From the NCBI GenBank assembly GCA_965217585.1, contig OZ244561.1, positions 4,512,001 through 4,576,000 on the forward strand: 64,000 bases of DNA, given 5' to 3'. Origin of the DNA: Candidatus Latescibacterota bacterium. Lineage in GTDB: Bacteria > Latescibacterota > UBA2968 > UBA8231. The notes below the pieces were generated by a model. The model saw only the letters and a program-made list of their open reading frames with translations. It had not been told where the DNA came from and searched no databases. Made by a program: the position numbers and the translations under genes. Numbering within the stretch: the stretch's first letter is position 1; every line of letters starts with the position of its first letter. Below, one piece after another: positions 18,173 to 27,664 of this stretch.

Positions 18173-20350
18173 ATGCTCAACCAAGAGTCCACCTTTGCCA
18201 AGAATTGGTCCTTGGTACCACTGTTGATCGTCCTCATTGCGACGGCCACCTCCGGCCACGAACCCGCGCCCATCTTTGCACCCGCTGATGCGCCCGACAG
18301 CCTCAATGTGGAACGCGTCGGCGAAATCGTACTCGTCAGCCCTCCCAAAAGCGACGACAATCACCTCTATCCCGACGGCACGGACCTCTATCTCGCGGGC
18401 GATCACGCGCTGATGGGCGACCATCGCGGCATCGTCCATATTGTCGATATCTCCGACCCTGCCAACATGCGCAAAGTAGCCGAGGTGCGCACCCCCGGAC
18501 AGGCACTAGACATAAAGATCGCGGGCGATTTAGCCGTCATTGGCGTACAGGATTCCGGATCCACCTTTGGGTTGTTGATCCTCGACCTCTCCGACCCCGC
18601 AAATCCCGTCGAGCTCTCGCGGTTTGACCAGGAAAGCTGGCAAGGCGTCCACAATCTCTTTCTCCACGGCGATCGCCTCTATCTCGCTCACGGGCTGAAT
18701 CCGGGCCTGAGCATTGTCGATATCTCCGACCCGACCGCGCCCTTGGTCTCGGGCTTCTGGCAGCACGAGGGTGGTTTCAGCAATGTGATCCACGACGTAT
18801 TCATCCGCGACCGTCTCGCCGTCGTCAGCGATTTGTTCTCTGGCTTGGTCCTCCTCGACCTCACCGACCCCGACGCACCCACGATGCTCGCCGCGCTCCC
18901 TTTCGCCGAAGGCATCCACAGCGCTTGGGCCGAGGGCGACTACGTTTACTGCAACCAGGAATTCGGCGGCTGGAAGCAGCGCCTCTACGTCGTCGATATT
19001 GCCGACCCCCGGCAGCCGCAGGTCGTCCACTCTTTCGGCAGCAACCCGCCGCCCCAAGGGCCCATTCTCGGCCCGCACAATCCTTGGGTCCACAACGGGC
19101 TATTGTATTGGGCCTATTACGACGCGGGCTTCCGCGTCTTCGACCTGATTGACCCGGCGCGACCGGTGGAAATCGGCTATCACACCTATCCGGGGTTCGC
19201 TTGGAGCGTCCAACCACACGACGACGGGCTGCTCTATGTCGCCGACGGCGCGGTGGGCATCGAAGCCTTCAGGCTGAACGAGCCGGCCTTCGCCATTCGC
19301 GCTGTCGCCGTCGACCCGCCCGTCGCCATCCGCGGCCGCCACCGGAGCGTGGGCATCGAGGCCACGGTCGAGCCATCGCCGCGCCGCGCCACTGGGCACA
19401 TCGCACAAGTCGGCATCCGCCTCAACGGCGAGGCCACCGTACAGCCGCTCCGCGCCGAGGGCCGCACCTTTACCGGTTCGCTGCCGCTGCCACCCGACCT
19501 GCCTACTGGGCGTCATCGCCTGCACGTCGAACTGGTTGACGACCGAGGCCAGATGTATCCCTACAACCTTTCCTACGACCTGTATCCCGAGCGGGATTTG
19601 GAAATTTACGCGGAGACCCTAGCCGAGGGTTGGTCGCTGGAGAGGGGCGAGACCGTCCGCTTCGCCAGACGCCAAGCCCTGATCCTGTCCGGGAACTTCG
19701 TCTCCATCTTTGAGGCGCGGACCCCTTTCGGCCCGACCGGCTACGCCGCGCTGCGCTTCGCCTTCCGCCCCGACGCGGTGGAGGATTTTCCCACCAATCG
19801 CCTAGGCGTCAACATCGGTGGACCCACCGTGAAGCTCGGGCTTGGCGGCGGGGATTCACTCGCGGTTGATCTTGCAGATAAGCGCTGGCAAATCGTGGAA
19901 ATCCCCCTGTCCACTTTTGGCGTATCCGACGCCGATCCCCCGTTCGAGATTGATTCAGTGCGAATCTCAGGTTATTTGAAGGGGGTGGCGTATATCGCCG
20001 ATCTCACCTTGGTCGCTGCCACGCCGCCGATTGATACCGCTGTGCATGAGGCGCAGGTGGACGCCCGGCCGGTGGCTTTCAATCTCGCGCAAAATTTCCC
20101 CAATCCCTTTAACCAATCGACGGTGATCCGCATCGACTTGGAGACTAGGGCTGAGATGGAACTGGCCGTTTACAATATAGCCGGGCAGAAGGTCGCAACG
20201 CTGGCCCAAGGGCCGTACCCGTCGGGCACGCACACCTTCACTTGGCAAGGACGCAACACCCACGGGGCCGAATTGGCTTCAGGCGTCTATTGCTATCGGC
20301 TCAGGGCCAATGGGCGGGAGCAGACGCGCAAACTGATTCTCCTCCGCTAA
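18173..20350 (+). CDS. Secreted LVIVD-repeat protein with C-terminal FlgD/T9SS-like sorting domain
   Basis: Signal peptide; repeated (I/L)VDISDPxxP; C-terminal QNFPNPFN...YNIAGQKV...ASGVY. Confidence 0.8.
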   Translation: MLNQESTFAKNWSLVPLLIVLIATATSGHEPAPIFAPADAPDSLNVERVGEIVLVSPPKSDDNHLYPDGTDLYLAGDHALMGDHRGIVHIVDISDPANMRKVAEVRTPGQALDIKIAGDLAVIGVQDSGSTFGLLILDLSDPANPVELSRFDQESWQGVHNLFLHGDRLYLAHGLNPGLSIVDISDPTAPLVSGFWQHEGGFSNVIHDVFIRDRLAVVSDLFSGLVLLDLTDPDAPTMLAALPFAEGIHSAWAEGDYVYCNQEFGGWKQRLYVVDIADPRQPQVVHSFGSNPPPQGPILGPHNPWVHNGLLYWAYYDAGFRVFDLIDPARPVEIGYHTYPGFAWSVQPHDDGLLYVADGAVGIEAFRLNEPAFAIRAVAVDPPVAIRGRHRSVGIEATVEPSPRRATGHIAQVGIRLNGEATVQPLRAEGRTFTGSLPLPPDLPTGRHRLHVELVDDRGQMYPYNLSYDLYPERDLEIYAETLAEGWSLERGETVRFARRQALILSGNFVSIFEARTPFGPTGYAALRFAFRPDAVEDFPTNRLGVNIGGPTVKLGLGGGDSLAVDLADKRWQIVEIPLSTFGVSDADPPFEIDSVRISGYLKGVAYIADLTLVAATPPIDTAVHEAQVDARPVAFNLAQNFPNPFNQSTVIRIDLETRAEMELAVYNIAGQKVATLAQGPYPSGTHTFTWQGRNTHGAELASGVYCYRLRANGREQTRKLILLR

Positions 20351-20450
20351 ACGCCGATCCCTGCGGGTTGGTTCAAGGCAGATATTCGATTTTGATTGGA
20401 CCGGCAGCAGGCCTGCCAAAGTAGAAAAAAGATATGCGCTCCGTCGGCTC

Positions 20451-22007
20451 TCAGCAGTGATCGGTGAATCGGCGTTGGTCTTTGTGCCGAAGGTGGCGCG
20501 AGTCGAATTCTAGTGATCCGTTTACCGCGACTGAGTCGAGAAAGTCGAGCGCCACGCGAATGGATTCGAGCAGGTGTTCTGCCATGCCTCGGGTGAGGTT
20601 GCTTTTTACGACAATGCGGAACATACACGATTCCGCGTCCGCGTCGTAAAAAAGAGGTAGTTGCTCATGCGACAGGGGATGGTCGAATTGCATGCGATAG
20701 CTGCCCACATACCAGTGATGCTGGGAAAGCACATGCTGCAGGTCAACATCATCGTAGTTCAACTCGCATGCTGGATTCAGCATCGCCGTCACCACCGGCA
20801 GACAGCCCTCGTCGCCGTGGTCGAGCATGGCGAAGCGAGGTTTGCCGGCGTGGGTCATCGCCCGCAGTCCGTCGCGCAGGTAACGAGCGTTCTCCATCAT
20901 GTTGTCGCAGCATTGGCGATAACCGGATATACCATAGTGCAGCAGCTTGTAGTACTGGCCGTAAACCCCTGCCGCTGGCCTAGAGAAATTCAAGGTATAT
21001 GACTCCGCCTTGCCGCCAAGGTAGCTCACGGAGATGGCGACGTGGTCACTCAGGTCGGCGCGATGCCGCCAGACGATCCAACCCGTGCCGCAAATGGATT
21101 CGCCGTACTTGTGCCCGCTGGAGGATATCGACAACACGTTCCCGACGCGGAAATCCCACGGAGGCAGGTCGTCTTGGAAAGGCGCGATGAACCCGCCGGA
21201 TGCGGCATCGACATGGATGCCAACCTGATAGCCCCTTGCCGCGTTGACTTGGTCAACAACATCGCTCACTTCCTGGACTGAGTCGTAGTGTCCTCCATAG
21301 TGATTGCCCATGATGCAAACCACGCCGATGGTCTGATCGTCGATCTGCTCTCGCACCTTTTCTGGGTCTAACGTGAATGTTTTCACCGACGGCTGGACCA
21401 ACCTCGGTTCGACATCCATGTATTTGAACAACTTTTCCCACGCCGCCTGAAAACAGGTGGAGATGATCAGGTTCGGACGGGCGTGCAGGATTTGTTCCAC
21501 TGTTTTCCCTTGGCGCTTGGCGTACCAATTGCGCCAGCGGAATTTCAGCGCCAGCCCGGCGAGCAGGCAAGCCTCAGTGGAACCGACGGTGCCCGCGCCT
21601 GGGAAGACACCGTAGTCTTCGAACTCCGGGCCTTTGGGGCAATGCCACAGGTTGGCGATCATGTTGACGGTCGCGTCGTGCAGTTTATACGACTGGGGAT
21701 ATACCGTCTGGTCGGCGAGGTTCACCCGCAGACCCATGAGGGCGATGGCCTCCTCCTCGCGCTCAAGGGCGACGTTCACGTAGGAGGAAGTATTCAGCCG
21801 GTGATCGAAATCGAGCGCATGCGCGTTTTCCACCATCAGCTTGACGGCCTCTCGATCCAACCCGGTATCGGGAATGTGCTGCAGGTTGAACCAGTCCCGT
21901 TGGACTAGGGGAGACCAGTAATAACCACTGCTACTTGCCTGCGTCTGCTCCAGCTTTGCGCGAAGCTGCTCTACTTCTTGCCGTAAATGAGTTATTTCGT
22001 TCGTCAT
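20451..22007 (-). CDS. gadB: Glutamate decarboxylase (PLP group II)
   Basis: TVGSTEACLLAGLA, IHVDAASGGF, SGHKYG PLP lysine, TLNFSRP. Confidence 0.85.
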   Translation of the reverse strand: MTNEITHLRQEVEQLRAKLEQTQASSSGYYWSPLVQRDWFNLQHIPDTGLDREAVKLMVENAHALDFDHRLNTSSYVNVALEREEEAIALMGLRVNLADQTVYPQSYKLHDATVNMIANLWHCPKGPEFEDYGVFPGAGTVGSTEACLLAGLALKFRWRNWYAKRQGKTVEQILHARPNLIISTCFQAAWEKLFKYMDVEPRLVQPSVKTFTLDPEKVREQIDDQTIGVVCIMGNHYGGHYDSVQEVSDVVDQVNAARGYQVGIHVDAASGGFIAPFQDDLPPWDFRVGNVLSISSSGHKYGESICGTGWIVWRHRADLSDHVAISVSYLGGKAESYTLNFSRPAAGVYGQYYKLLHYGISGYRQCCDNMMENARYLRDGLRAMTHAGKPRFAMLDHGDEGCLPVVTAMLNPACELNYDDVDLQHVLSQHHWYVGSYRMQFDHPLSHEQLPLFYDADAESCMFRIVVKSNLTRGMAEHLLESIRVALDFLDSVAVNGSLEFDSRHLRHKDQRRFTDHC

Positions 22008-22071
22008 GGGTGCTCTTCACTCCTCTTTTTAAGCAGTCTGTTGAATGGTTATGCAGGCATGGTCGGGTCGC

Positions 22072-22176
22072 TTATGCTCTGACACTGAGTCGGCCCGGTC
22101 GCTGTGAACGGGGCTCGCGGATGACGATTTCTACGTTGCGTCCAAGTGCTGTCAACAGGCGTAGGAGGCGCTCCAC
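22072..22176 (-). pseudogene. C-terminal remnant of an XRE/HTH antitoxin-like gene
   Basis: VERLLRLLTALGRNVEIVIR matches typical HTH_37-like C-termini; upstream part is not HTH-like. Confidence 0.5.
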
Positions 22177-22424
22177 AGCCGGCGGCTCCTTAACCGGCTT
22201 CGAGGGCACGATCTGGTCGCGGTCTCTGGCACGGGATGTCAGGAACCATAGTAGTGTATGAGATGGAGCTAGGGGATACGAGAACAGCCAGCTTTTCTGG
22301 AGTAGTTCAAGGGGCCGCCCATATCCATGGAGGATGAATATCGGAATGCTCGGAAGAGACGCCACCGACAATCAGCGGAGTCGCAACCTATACTTCGTCC
22401 CAAGGGAGACTGCGTTTGCAGACG

Positions 22425-22901
22425 TCAGCCACCAGAACACTGCCTCTCAATGAACGTCAGCACCTCAACGCTTCGCTTCAAGTATTCGCGAACACGCGCC
22501 ACGGTAATCTGAGCGCTGCCACCATGAACTATCTGGTTCCTATTATTCATAATTGAGTCAATGGCATCCCGACGTACGCCGGACTCGCTTACTAGGAATT
22601 GATCTAGTTCCTGCTTCCAATTCGCGTTGAACGCTCCTGCTACCTCGAGGAATCGTCCAGCTTTTGGGTTTGTGACTTGACTCAGGGTGTCACCTACATA
22701 CCGAGCCACGTATGGACTGGACGAGTTGGAAGCGAACTCTGAATAAATCGTCTGCAGTCCGTCTTCTATAAGTCCAGCTACCATAACGCACAAATACCGA
22801 CCCCAGTGGCCCTGCAATTCAATGTCCTCAGTGGCGACCTGAGTGCGATCAACTAGCTGCTGAAGACGTGTCAGTTGCTGGTTCAATTTGCTATTGTGCA
22901 T
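22425..22901 (-). CDS. HEPN-domain protein (MAE_28990/RiboL-PSP-like)
   Basis: Helical; Rx4H motif RNQIVH; overlaps DUF262 stop. Confidence 0.75.
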   Translation of the reverse strand: MHNSKLNQQLTRLQQLVDRTQVATEDIELQGHWGRYLCVMVAGLIEDGLQTIYSEFASNSSSPYVARYVGDTLSQVTNPKAGRFLEVAGAFNANWKQELDQFLVSESGVRRDAIDSIMNNRNQIVHGGSAQITVARVREYLKRSVEVLTFIERQCSGG

Positions 22902-24006
22902 CTGCAAACGCCGCAGTGGCCACCTGCAACCGAACTCTTACCGAATTCTCATCCGAAGTACCTTGGGTAACGGAGTCCAAATATTCTTGATTTTCTGTTA
23001 GTGAATCGTGTGTTCTTTCGATCGCTTGGGCCGTTGGCCGATTATCTTCGCAGACAATACGCTTCGCCAACCCCACCATCATTGAATCGAGTACTGCGGC
23101 GTTGACCGCACGCGCCTTATGTAATCGAAATGCCCCCCTGCCTTTGGCCTCAGCAAATGCTGTGACCGTTTCCTTAAATAGTCTGGCTGTATCATCCAAC
23201 CAAACTTTGTCCGGAGTGCGGTTCCGCTGTGTAAAAACGTTCAAGAATTCGGCCATCGACTTCTTGTATTTGCCTCCGGCGTACCACAATGCCATGAAAC
23301 GAAGGATCATCTCTTGATCTTTCAACCTTTGACTAGGTTTACCGAGAATGCTCCTCCATTCAGTAAGTTCATTAAGGTTCTTGATGCTATCGATGAGAGC
23401 TCCTTGGTAGATCGCACACCTGATCTCATGCGGATTGACTACACGTCCACCGGTATTGAGCCGGCTGAATATCTGGTACATACTCGTGTCGTCACCCGGA
23501 GGCATATCTTGCCTCACGACCGTCGCGTGGATCAGGGAGTCATTTAAATCCCGACGAGTGGTATCGTCCAATGAGCCGAAGCAGAGGCCATCGAATCGAT
23601 TCGAGACGTTCTGCAGTACAAATTCCTGATGGTCACCGCCGGTCTTGGGAAATTTACTATGATAGAAGTATTGGAGCGTCTTGAGACGTTGCTGACCATC
23701 TATAACGTAAAGCCTCCGCGAGTCCGGATCCTTACCCAAAAAAACTCCCGGGACCGGAAGGCCAAGAAGAAGAGACTCAATAAAGCTTGATGCCGTTCGA
23801 AGGGTCCATATAAAGCTCCGCTGCCATTCTGGAATCTCGATATCGCCATTGTCGAGGCGCCGAACAATCCCCTCTACATCGAAGTCGACGCCGTAACTGG
23901 TAATGTCATACTTGACCTGTGGTGCCGAATCATCGTCTTCCGAATCATCGATAATAGTGTCGTCCACATCCGGGTCCAGTTGCTCAATTGGGGGTAAATT
24001 AGTCAT
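22891..24006 (-). CDS. DUF262 (ParB-like) domain protein
   Basis: IPEWQRSFIW, VIDGQQRL, IFSRLNTGG; AGGAG RBS before MTNLPP. Confidence 0.85.
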   Translation of the reverse strand: MTNLPPIEQLDPDVDDTIIDDSEDDDSAPQVKYDITSYGVDFDVEGIVRRLDNGDIEIPEWQRSFIWTLRTASSFIESLLLGLPVPGVFLGKDPDSRRLYVIDGQQRLKTLQYFYHSKFPKTGGDHQEFVLQNVSNRFDGLCFGSLDDTTRRDLNDSLIHATVVRQDMPPGDDTSMYQIFSRLNTGGRVVNPHEIRCAIYQGALIDSIKNLNELTEWRSILGKPSQRLKDQEMILRFMALWYAGGKYKKSMAEFLNVFTQRNRTPDKVWLDDTARLFKETVTAFAEAKGRGAFRLHKARAVNAAVLDSMMVGLAKRIVCEDNRPTAQAIERTHDSLTENQEYLDSVTQGTSDENSVRVRLQVATAAFADAQ

Positions 24007-24309
24007 TTTTTCTCCTAAAATAATCGCCATCGCGTTGCCTTATCATATCACTCCGGACCGCCACATAACATTCTCTACACGGCGAGATTAAGGCACAGCT
24101 CTGCGACCTTCGACGGTCACTGTTGCCAGGAACGGGATCAATTGATTCCGTCAACCTAATAGGCATAATAATCACCGTTATCGCTACTCCTCTGTCAAGG
24201 TGCTAAGGGTGCATGTAAGGGTGCATGTAAGGGGTCCCTGACAATCGTTTGCGGTCTCGCAGGGACGTTTGGAAGTATAGGGAGTGATGTTCAACGAGAA
24301 ACCTTCATA

Positions 24310-24445
24310 AACTGTAGGGGGGAGAATAACCGTTATTGAGATTTCGTAAACAGCTTCTATTATTTCGGCTTGCAGCACTTGCTCAGGAGGGCCTGTGGCC
24401 ACCGCGCGGCCTTCTTTCAGCAGCAATACTCGGGCGGCGGCGAGC
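24310..24445 (-). pseudogene. 3' remnant of iron/heme ABC ATPase (FepC/HmuV-like), copy 1
   Basis: ARVLLLKEGRAVATGPPEQVLQAEIIEAVYEISITV; no N-terminal part; 35 bp (24324-24358) repeated at 27629-27663. Confidence 0.65.
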
Positions 24446-24487
24446 GCATGCTGGTCGGCCGGCGTCACGATCGTTTCGGCACCCGGC

Positions 24488-25966
24488 TCAGCCGGAGGCG
24501 TCCGGGTCCCAGATCGCTACCGGATTCGCCGGGTCCGGATCGACGGGCCAGAGCCCGCGGCCGCTTCCCGTGAACGGAATGGAGGCGAAGTTTAGGGTGC
24601 AGACCCCGGGGCCGTCGAACAGCAGGCCGCGCTCCCAGCGGGCGCCGAAGGCCGCCATCCACCCGGTCATGCTCTTGGCCATGACCGCGAGGGCGGCGTC
24701 CGGCTGCAGCCCGGCGCACTCGTAGAAGGCCGGATCCGGAGTCAGCGCCGGGTACGAGCAGGCGACGAGCTGAATCTGCCCCGACTCGACGACTGCGGCT
24801 TCCCCCATCGAGAAGGCCTGGCCCGTGTAGGCTCCGCCGCGGGCCTTGTAGTTCCCCTCTCCCGTCCAGGTCACGCGCCCTTCCCAGGAGACCGGCGGGT
24901 CGCCGGTGGTGAAGCGGGTCGCCCCGCGGCGGGCCGCGGCGACGGTGCCCGGGTCGACCACCCAGAGCAGCACCTTGCCGGGCAGCTCTTCGCGGAGCGG
25001 CAGCAGTCGCCGCAGGGCCTCGGCGCTGTGGCCGGGGGAGCCCCCGGCGGTCGCGTCCGCGGTGTCGACCAGCACCCAGGGCTCCGGACCCTTGCGCCGG
25101 AGCCTCTGCAGGATCTCCGGCCAGGGGGTGAGCCGGCTTCTCCAGTGGCGCCTCTGGGCGTACCACTCGCCGGCGAGCTTCTGCAGCTCATCGAGGGGGA
25201 CGCCGCCTCCGGCAGCGGTGACGACCACGGAAGAGCCCATTTCGTCGATATCCATCCAGGGCTGCACCGGCAGGATGCAGACGTCGAGGACGTCTCTGTG
25301 CCGCCGTTCCAGCTCGCGGGCGCGGGTGAGCAGGTCGCACAGGTTCCCCGCGAAATGGGTGCTGTCGGTCGGGGGCATCAGGGCGGACACCTTGGCCGCG
25401 GCGCGGGTGAAGGGGCCCGGGTGCAAGGCCAGGCGCGCGGCGCGCTCGCCGGTGGCGGTGAAGTCCATGTGGGGGAAGGTTCGGTACGCGGTGACCGCGT
25501 CGGCGTGCTGCAGCATGCGGCGGGTGAAGTTGGCGTGCAGGTCGAGGGAGAGCACGACCCGGCCGCGGTAGCCGAGATCGGTGCGCACCTTCTCGAGGAG
25601 GTACCCCTCGGGATCGTCCTCGCCGTCGGCGGCCGCGGCCCCGTGCAGGTGGAGGATGAGGACGTCGAACGGCATCGCGGCGGCGACCCGGTCGAGCAGG
25701 GTGCCGCTGATCTCGCGCAAGCAGGCGGCGCTCAGGCGTCCGGCGGGAGAGCCGCAGAGGGCGGTGAAACAGGGGGTGGTTTCCCAGCCGGCTGCGGCCA
25801 GCATCTTTAGGCTGCCGTGCATCTGCGAGTCGGTCCCGGCGGCCCAGGCGCGCACCCGGGCTTCGTCTTCGAGGAAGACTCCCCCTTTCCTGAAGAGGTC
25901 GATCTCCGCCAAGCCGGGAGTGAAGGTGTTGCTTTCGAAGATGAACTGGGCGAGGGCGGCTTTCAT
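24488..25966 (-). CDS. MlrC-like M81 family metallopeptidase
   Basis: FIFESNTF, LHLHGA, LDLHAN, YRTFPHMD, DATAGG; start MKAALAQ. Confidence 0.85.
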   Translation of the reverse strand: MKAALAQFIFESNTFTPGLAEIDLFRKGGVFLEDEARVRAWAAGTDSQMHGSLKMLAAAGWETTPCFTALCGSPAGRLSAACLREISGTLLDRVAAAMPFDVLILHLHGAAAADGEDDPEGYLLEKVRTDLGYRGRVVLSLDLHANFTRRMLQHADAVTAYRTFPHMDFTATGERAARLALHPGPFTRAAAKVSALMPPTDSTHFAGNLCDLLTRARELERRHRDVLDVCILPVQPWMDIDEMGSSVVVTAAGGGVPLDELQKLAGEWYAQRRHWRSRLTPWPEILQRLRRKGPEPWVLVDTADATAGGSPGHSAEALRRLLPLREELPGKVLLWVVDPGTVAAARRGATRFTTGDPPVSWEGRVTWTGEGNYKARGGAYTGQAFSMGEAAVVESGQIQLVACSYPALTPDPAFYECAGLQPDAALAVMAKSMTGWMAAFGARWERGLLFDGPGVCTLNFASIPFTGSGRGLWPVDPDPANPVAIWDPDASG

Positions 25967-26208
25967 CGGACAGCTCGGGTAATGGGTTGTAATTGCCGCA
26001 CCTGATTCTGCCGTGGGTGCTCGGCAGGTACGCCAGGGTGCAGGCATGGGCCTAGGCGGTTGCCCGGCCTCCCCTCCAAAGCTACTTTTCCCCAGGCGGT
26101 CAGGGGCGGTTGCCGAATCGCTCCGCCAGCCTGGAGTTCCACCGGCCCTGGCAAACCGGAACCGCGACATCCTTCAGAAAACACTGCCGACCACGAAAGG
26201 AGAGAGCC

Positions 26209-27294
26209 GTGCTGATTTTCGATGGCGACTACCCGATGGCGCACGGTGCCCTCGATCTCAACAGGGACCTGACCCTTCCGCTCGACGAGCTGCGCGCCGC
26301 CGCCGCCAACCCCTCCAACATTCCCTTCGGCTGCCTCCCGGAGATGCGCAGAGGGGGGGTGTACTGCGCGCTGATGAAGATCGCGGCGCGGCGAATGCGC
26401 AAGGGCAGCATCCTGCCGGGGTATCGCGGCAAGGAGGTGGTGTACGCCGCGGGGAAGGGGCAGCTCGCCCTGTACCGCGGCCTGGAGAGCACCGGGGAAG
26501 CGGTCGTCGTCACCACCGCTGGACAGCTGCGCGAGCTCGCCGGGCAGTGGGAGCAGCGGGAAGGGGACTCCCGGCTGCCGGTCGGCTTCCTGCTCGGCAT
26601 GGAGGGGGCCGACCCGATCCTGACGCCGGGGCAGGTAGGGGAGTGGTGGGATGACGGGGTGCGCGTGGTCAGCCTGACGCACTACGGCCGCAGCCGCTAC
26701 GCCCACGGCACCGGCACCGAGGGGGGGCTGCTGCCCCCCGGACCGGAGCTGCTGCGGGAGATGGAGGCCTGCGGCATGCTGCTCGACACGACGCACATCG
26801 CCGACCGCAGTTTCTGGGAAGCACTCGACCATTACTCCGGCCCGATCCTGGCGAGCCATCAGAACTGCCGCGCCCTGGCCCCGGGAGAGCGCCAGTTCAG
26901 CGACGAGCAGGTCAGGGCGGTGATCGAGCGGGACGGCGTCGTCGGGGCCTCGATGGACACCTGGATGCTGCGCGAGAAGCAGGATCTCGACTGGGCCCGC
27001 ACCAAAGATTTCCCGCGGCGGGAGTACTACGCGCGGGAAGAAGTGACCCTGGAGCATATCGCCAACCACGTCGACCACGTCTGCCAGCTGGCCGGCAACT
27101 CCCGGCACGCGGGGATCGGCGGTGACACCGACGGCCAAGGGGGGATCGACGGGGCCCCGCTCGAGATCGACAGCGTAGCCGACTACGGGAAGCTCGTCCC
27201 GATTCTCGAGCGCCGTGGCTACGGCAGCGAGGACGTCGCCAACGTCATGTACGGGAACTGGCACCGGTTCTACACCTCGTACCTGCCGCAGTGA
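26209..27294 (+). CDS. Membrane dipeptidase (M19) family protein
   Basis: GMEGAD, SLTHYG, LDTTH, ASHQNCRAL, IGGDTDG; GTG start after AAGGAG. Confidence 0.85.
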   Translation: MLIFDGDYPMAHGALDLNRDLTLPLDELRAAAANPSNIPFGCLPEMRRGGVYCALMKIAARRMRKGSILPGYRGKEVVYAAGKGQLALYRGLESTGEAVVVTTAGQLRELAGQWEQREGDSRLPVGFLLGMEGADPILTPGQVGEWWDDGVRVVSLTHYGRSRYAHGTGTEGGLLPPGPELLREMEACGMLLDTTHIADRSFWEALDHYSGPILASHQNCRALAPGERQFSDEQVRAVIERDGVVGASMDTWMLREKQDLDWARTKDFPRREYYAREEVTLEHIANHVDHVCQLAGNSRHAGIGGDTDGQGGIDGAPLEIDSVADYGKLVPILERRGYGSEDVANVMYGNWHRFYTSYLPQ

Positions 27295-27303
27295 GGCAGC
27301 CCG

Positions 27304-27477
27304 ATGGAAACGGCCCTCCACACGAGCAGCTGCAGCGGGTTTTCCGTCGAGCAGGCGCTGGAGCTGACGGCGCGCTCGGGATACCGGCAGGTGGAGATCG
27401 CCGCGGACATCACCGAGTCGCACCACTTCGAGTCGCACCGTCTTGGTGATTGCCAATCTGTCCGTATGAACTCATAG
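27304..27477 (+). pseudogene. 5' fragment of a sugar-phosphate isomerase/epimerase gene
   Basis: METALHTSSCSGFSVEQALELTARSGYRQVEI; breaks off where high GC ends (about 27440). Confidence 0.55.
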
Positions 27478-27575
27478 TGCACTTGGGAGGCAGGTGTACT
27501 CGTGTATAGATAGATTAAGGCGTATATAAGGCACCTTTTTGGACCCTCTGTCAAGGCGCTGAGCGCATGCAAGGG

Positions 27576-27663
27576 TCAGGTAAGATTCGCTGTGGGAACG
27601 ACGAGTGGGCAGGGGCTATGGGGGAGGGGAATGACCGTTATTGGGATTTCGTAAACAGCTTCT
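27576..27663 (-). pseudogene. 3' remnant of iron/heme ABC ATPase (FepC/HmuV-like), copy 2
   Basis: EAVYEIPITVIPLPHSPCPLVVPTANLT-stop; abuts the stop of the di-heme gene. Confidence 0.6.
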
Positions 27664-27664
27664 G

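Noticed and set aside
22029-22046. TTAAGCAGTCTGTTGAAT, resembling an IS terminal repeat (similar motif near 14128)
   Set aside because: No matching partner end or transposase found.
24205-24234. TAAGGGTGCATG tandem duplication
   Set aside because: Only about 2.5 units; probably local slippage within the duplicated flank.
25963-27456. 497-aa minus-strand ORF and many other long overlapping ORFs in the track
   Set aside because: Antisense or alternate-frame shadows of recognisable genes in GC-rich DNA, with no motifs.
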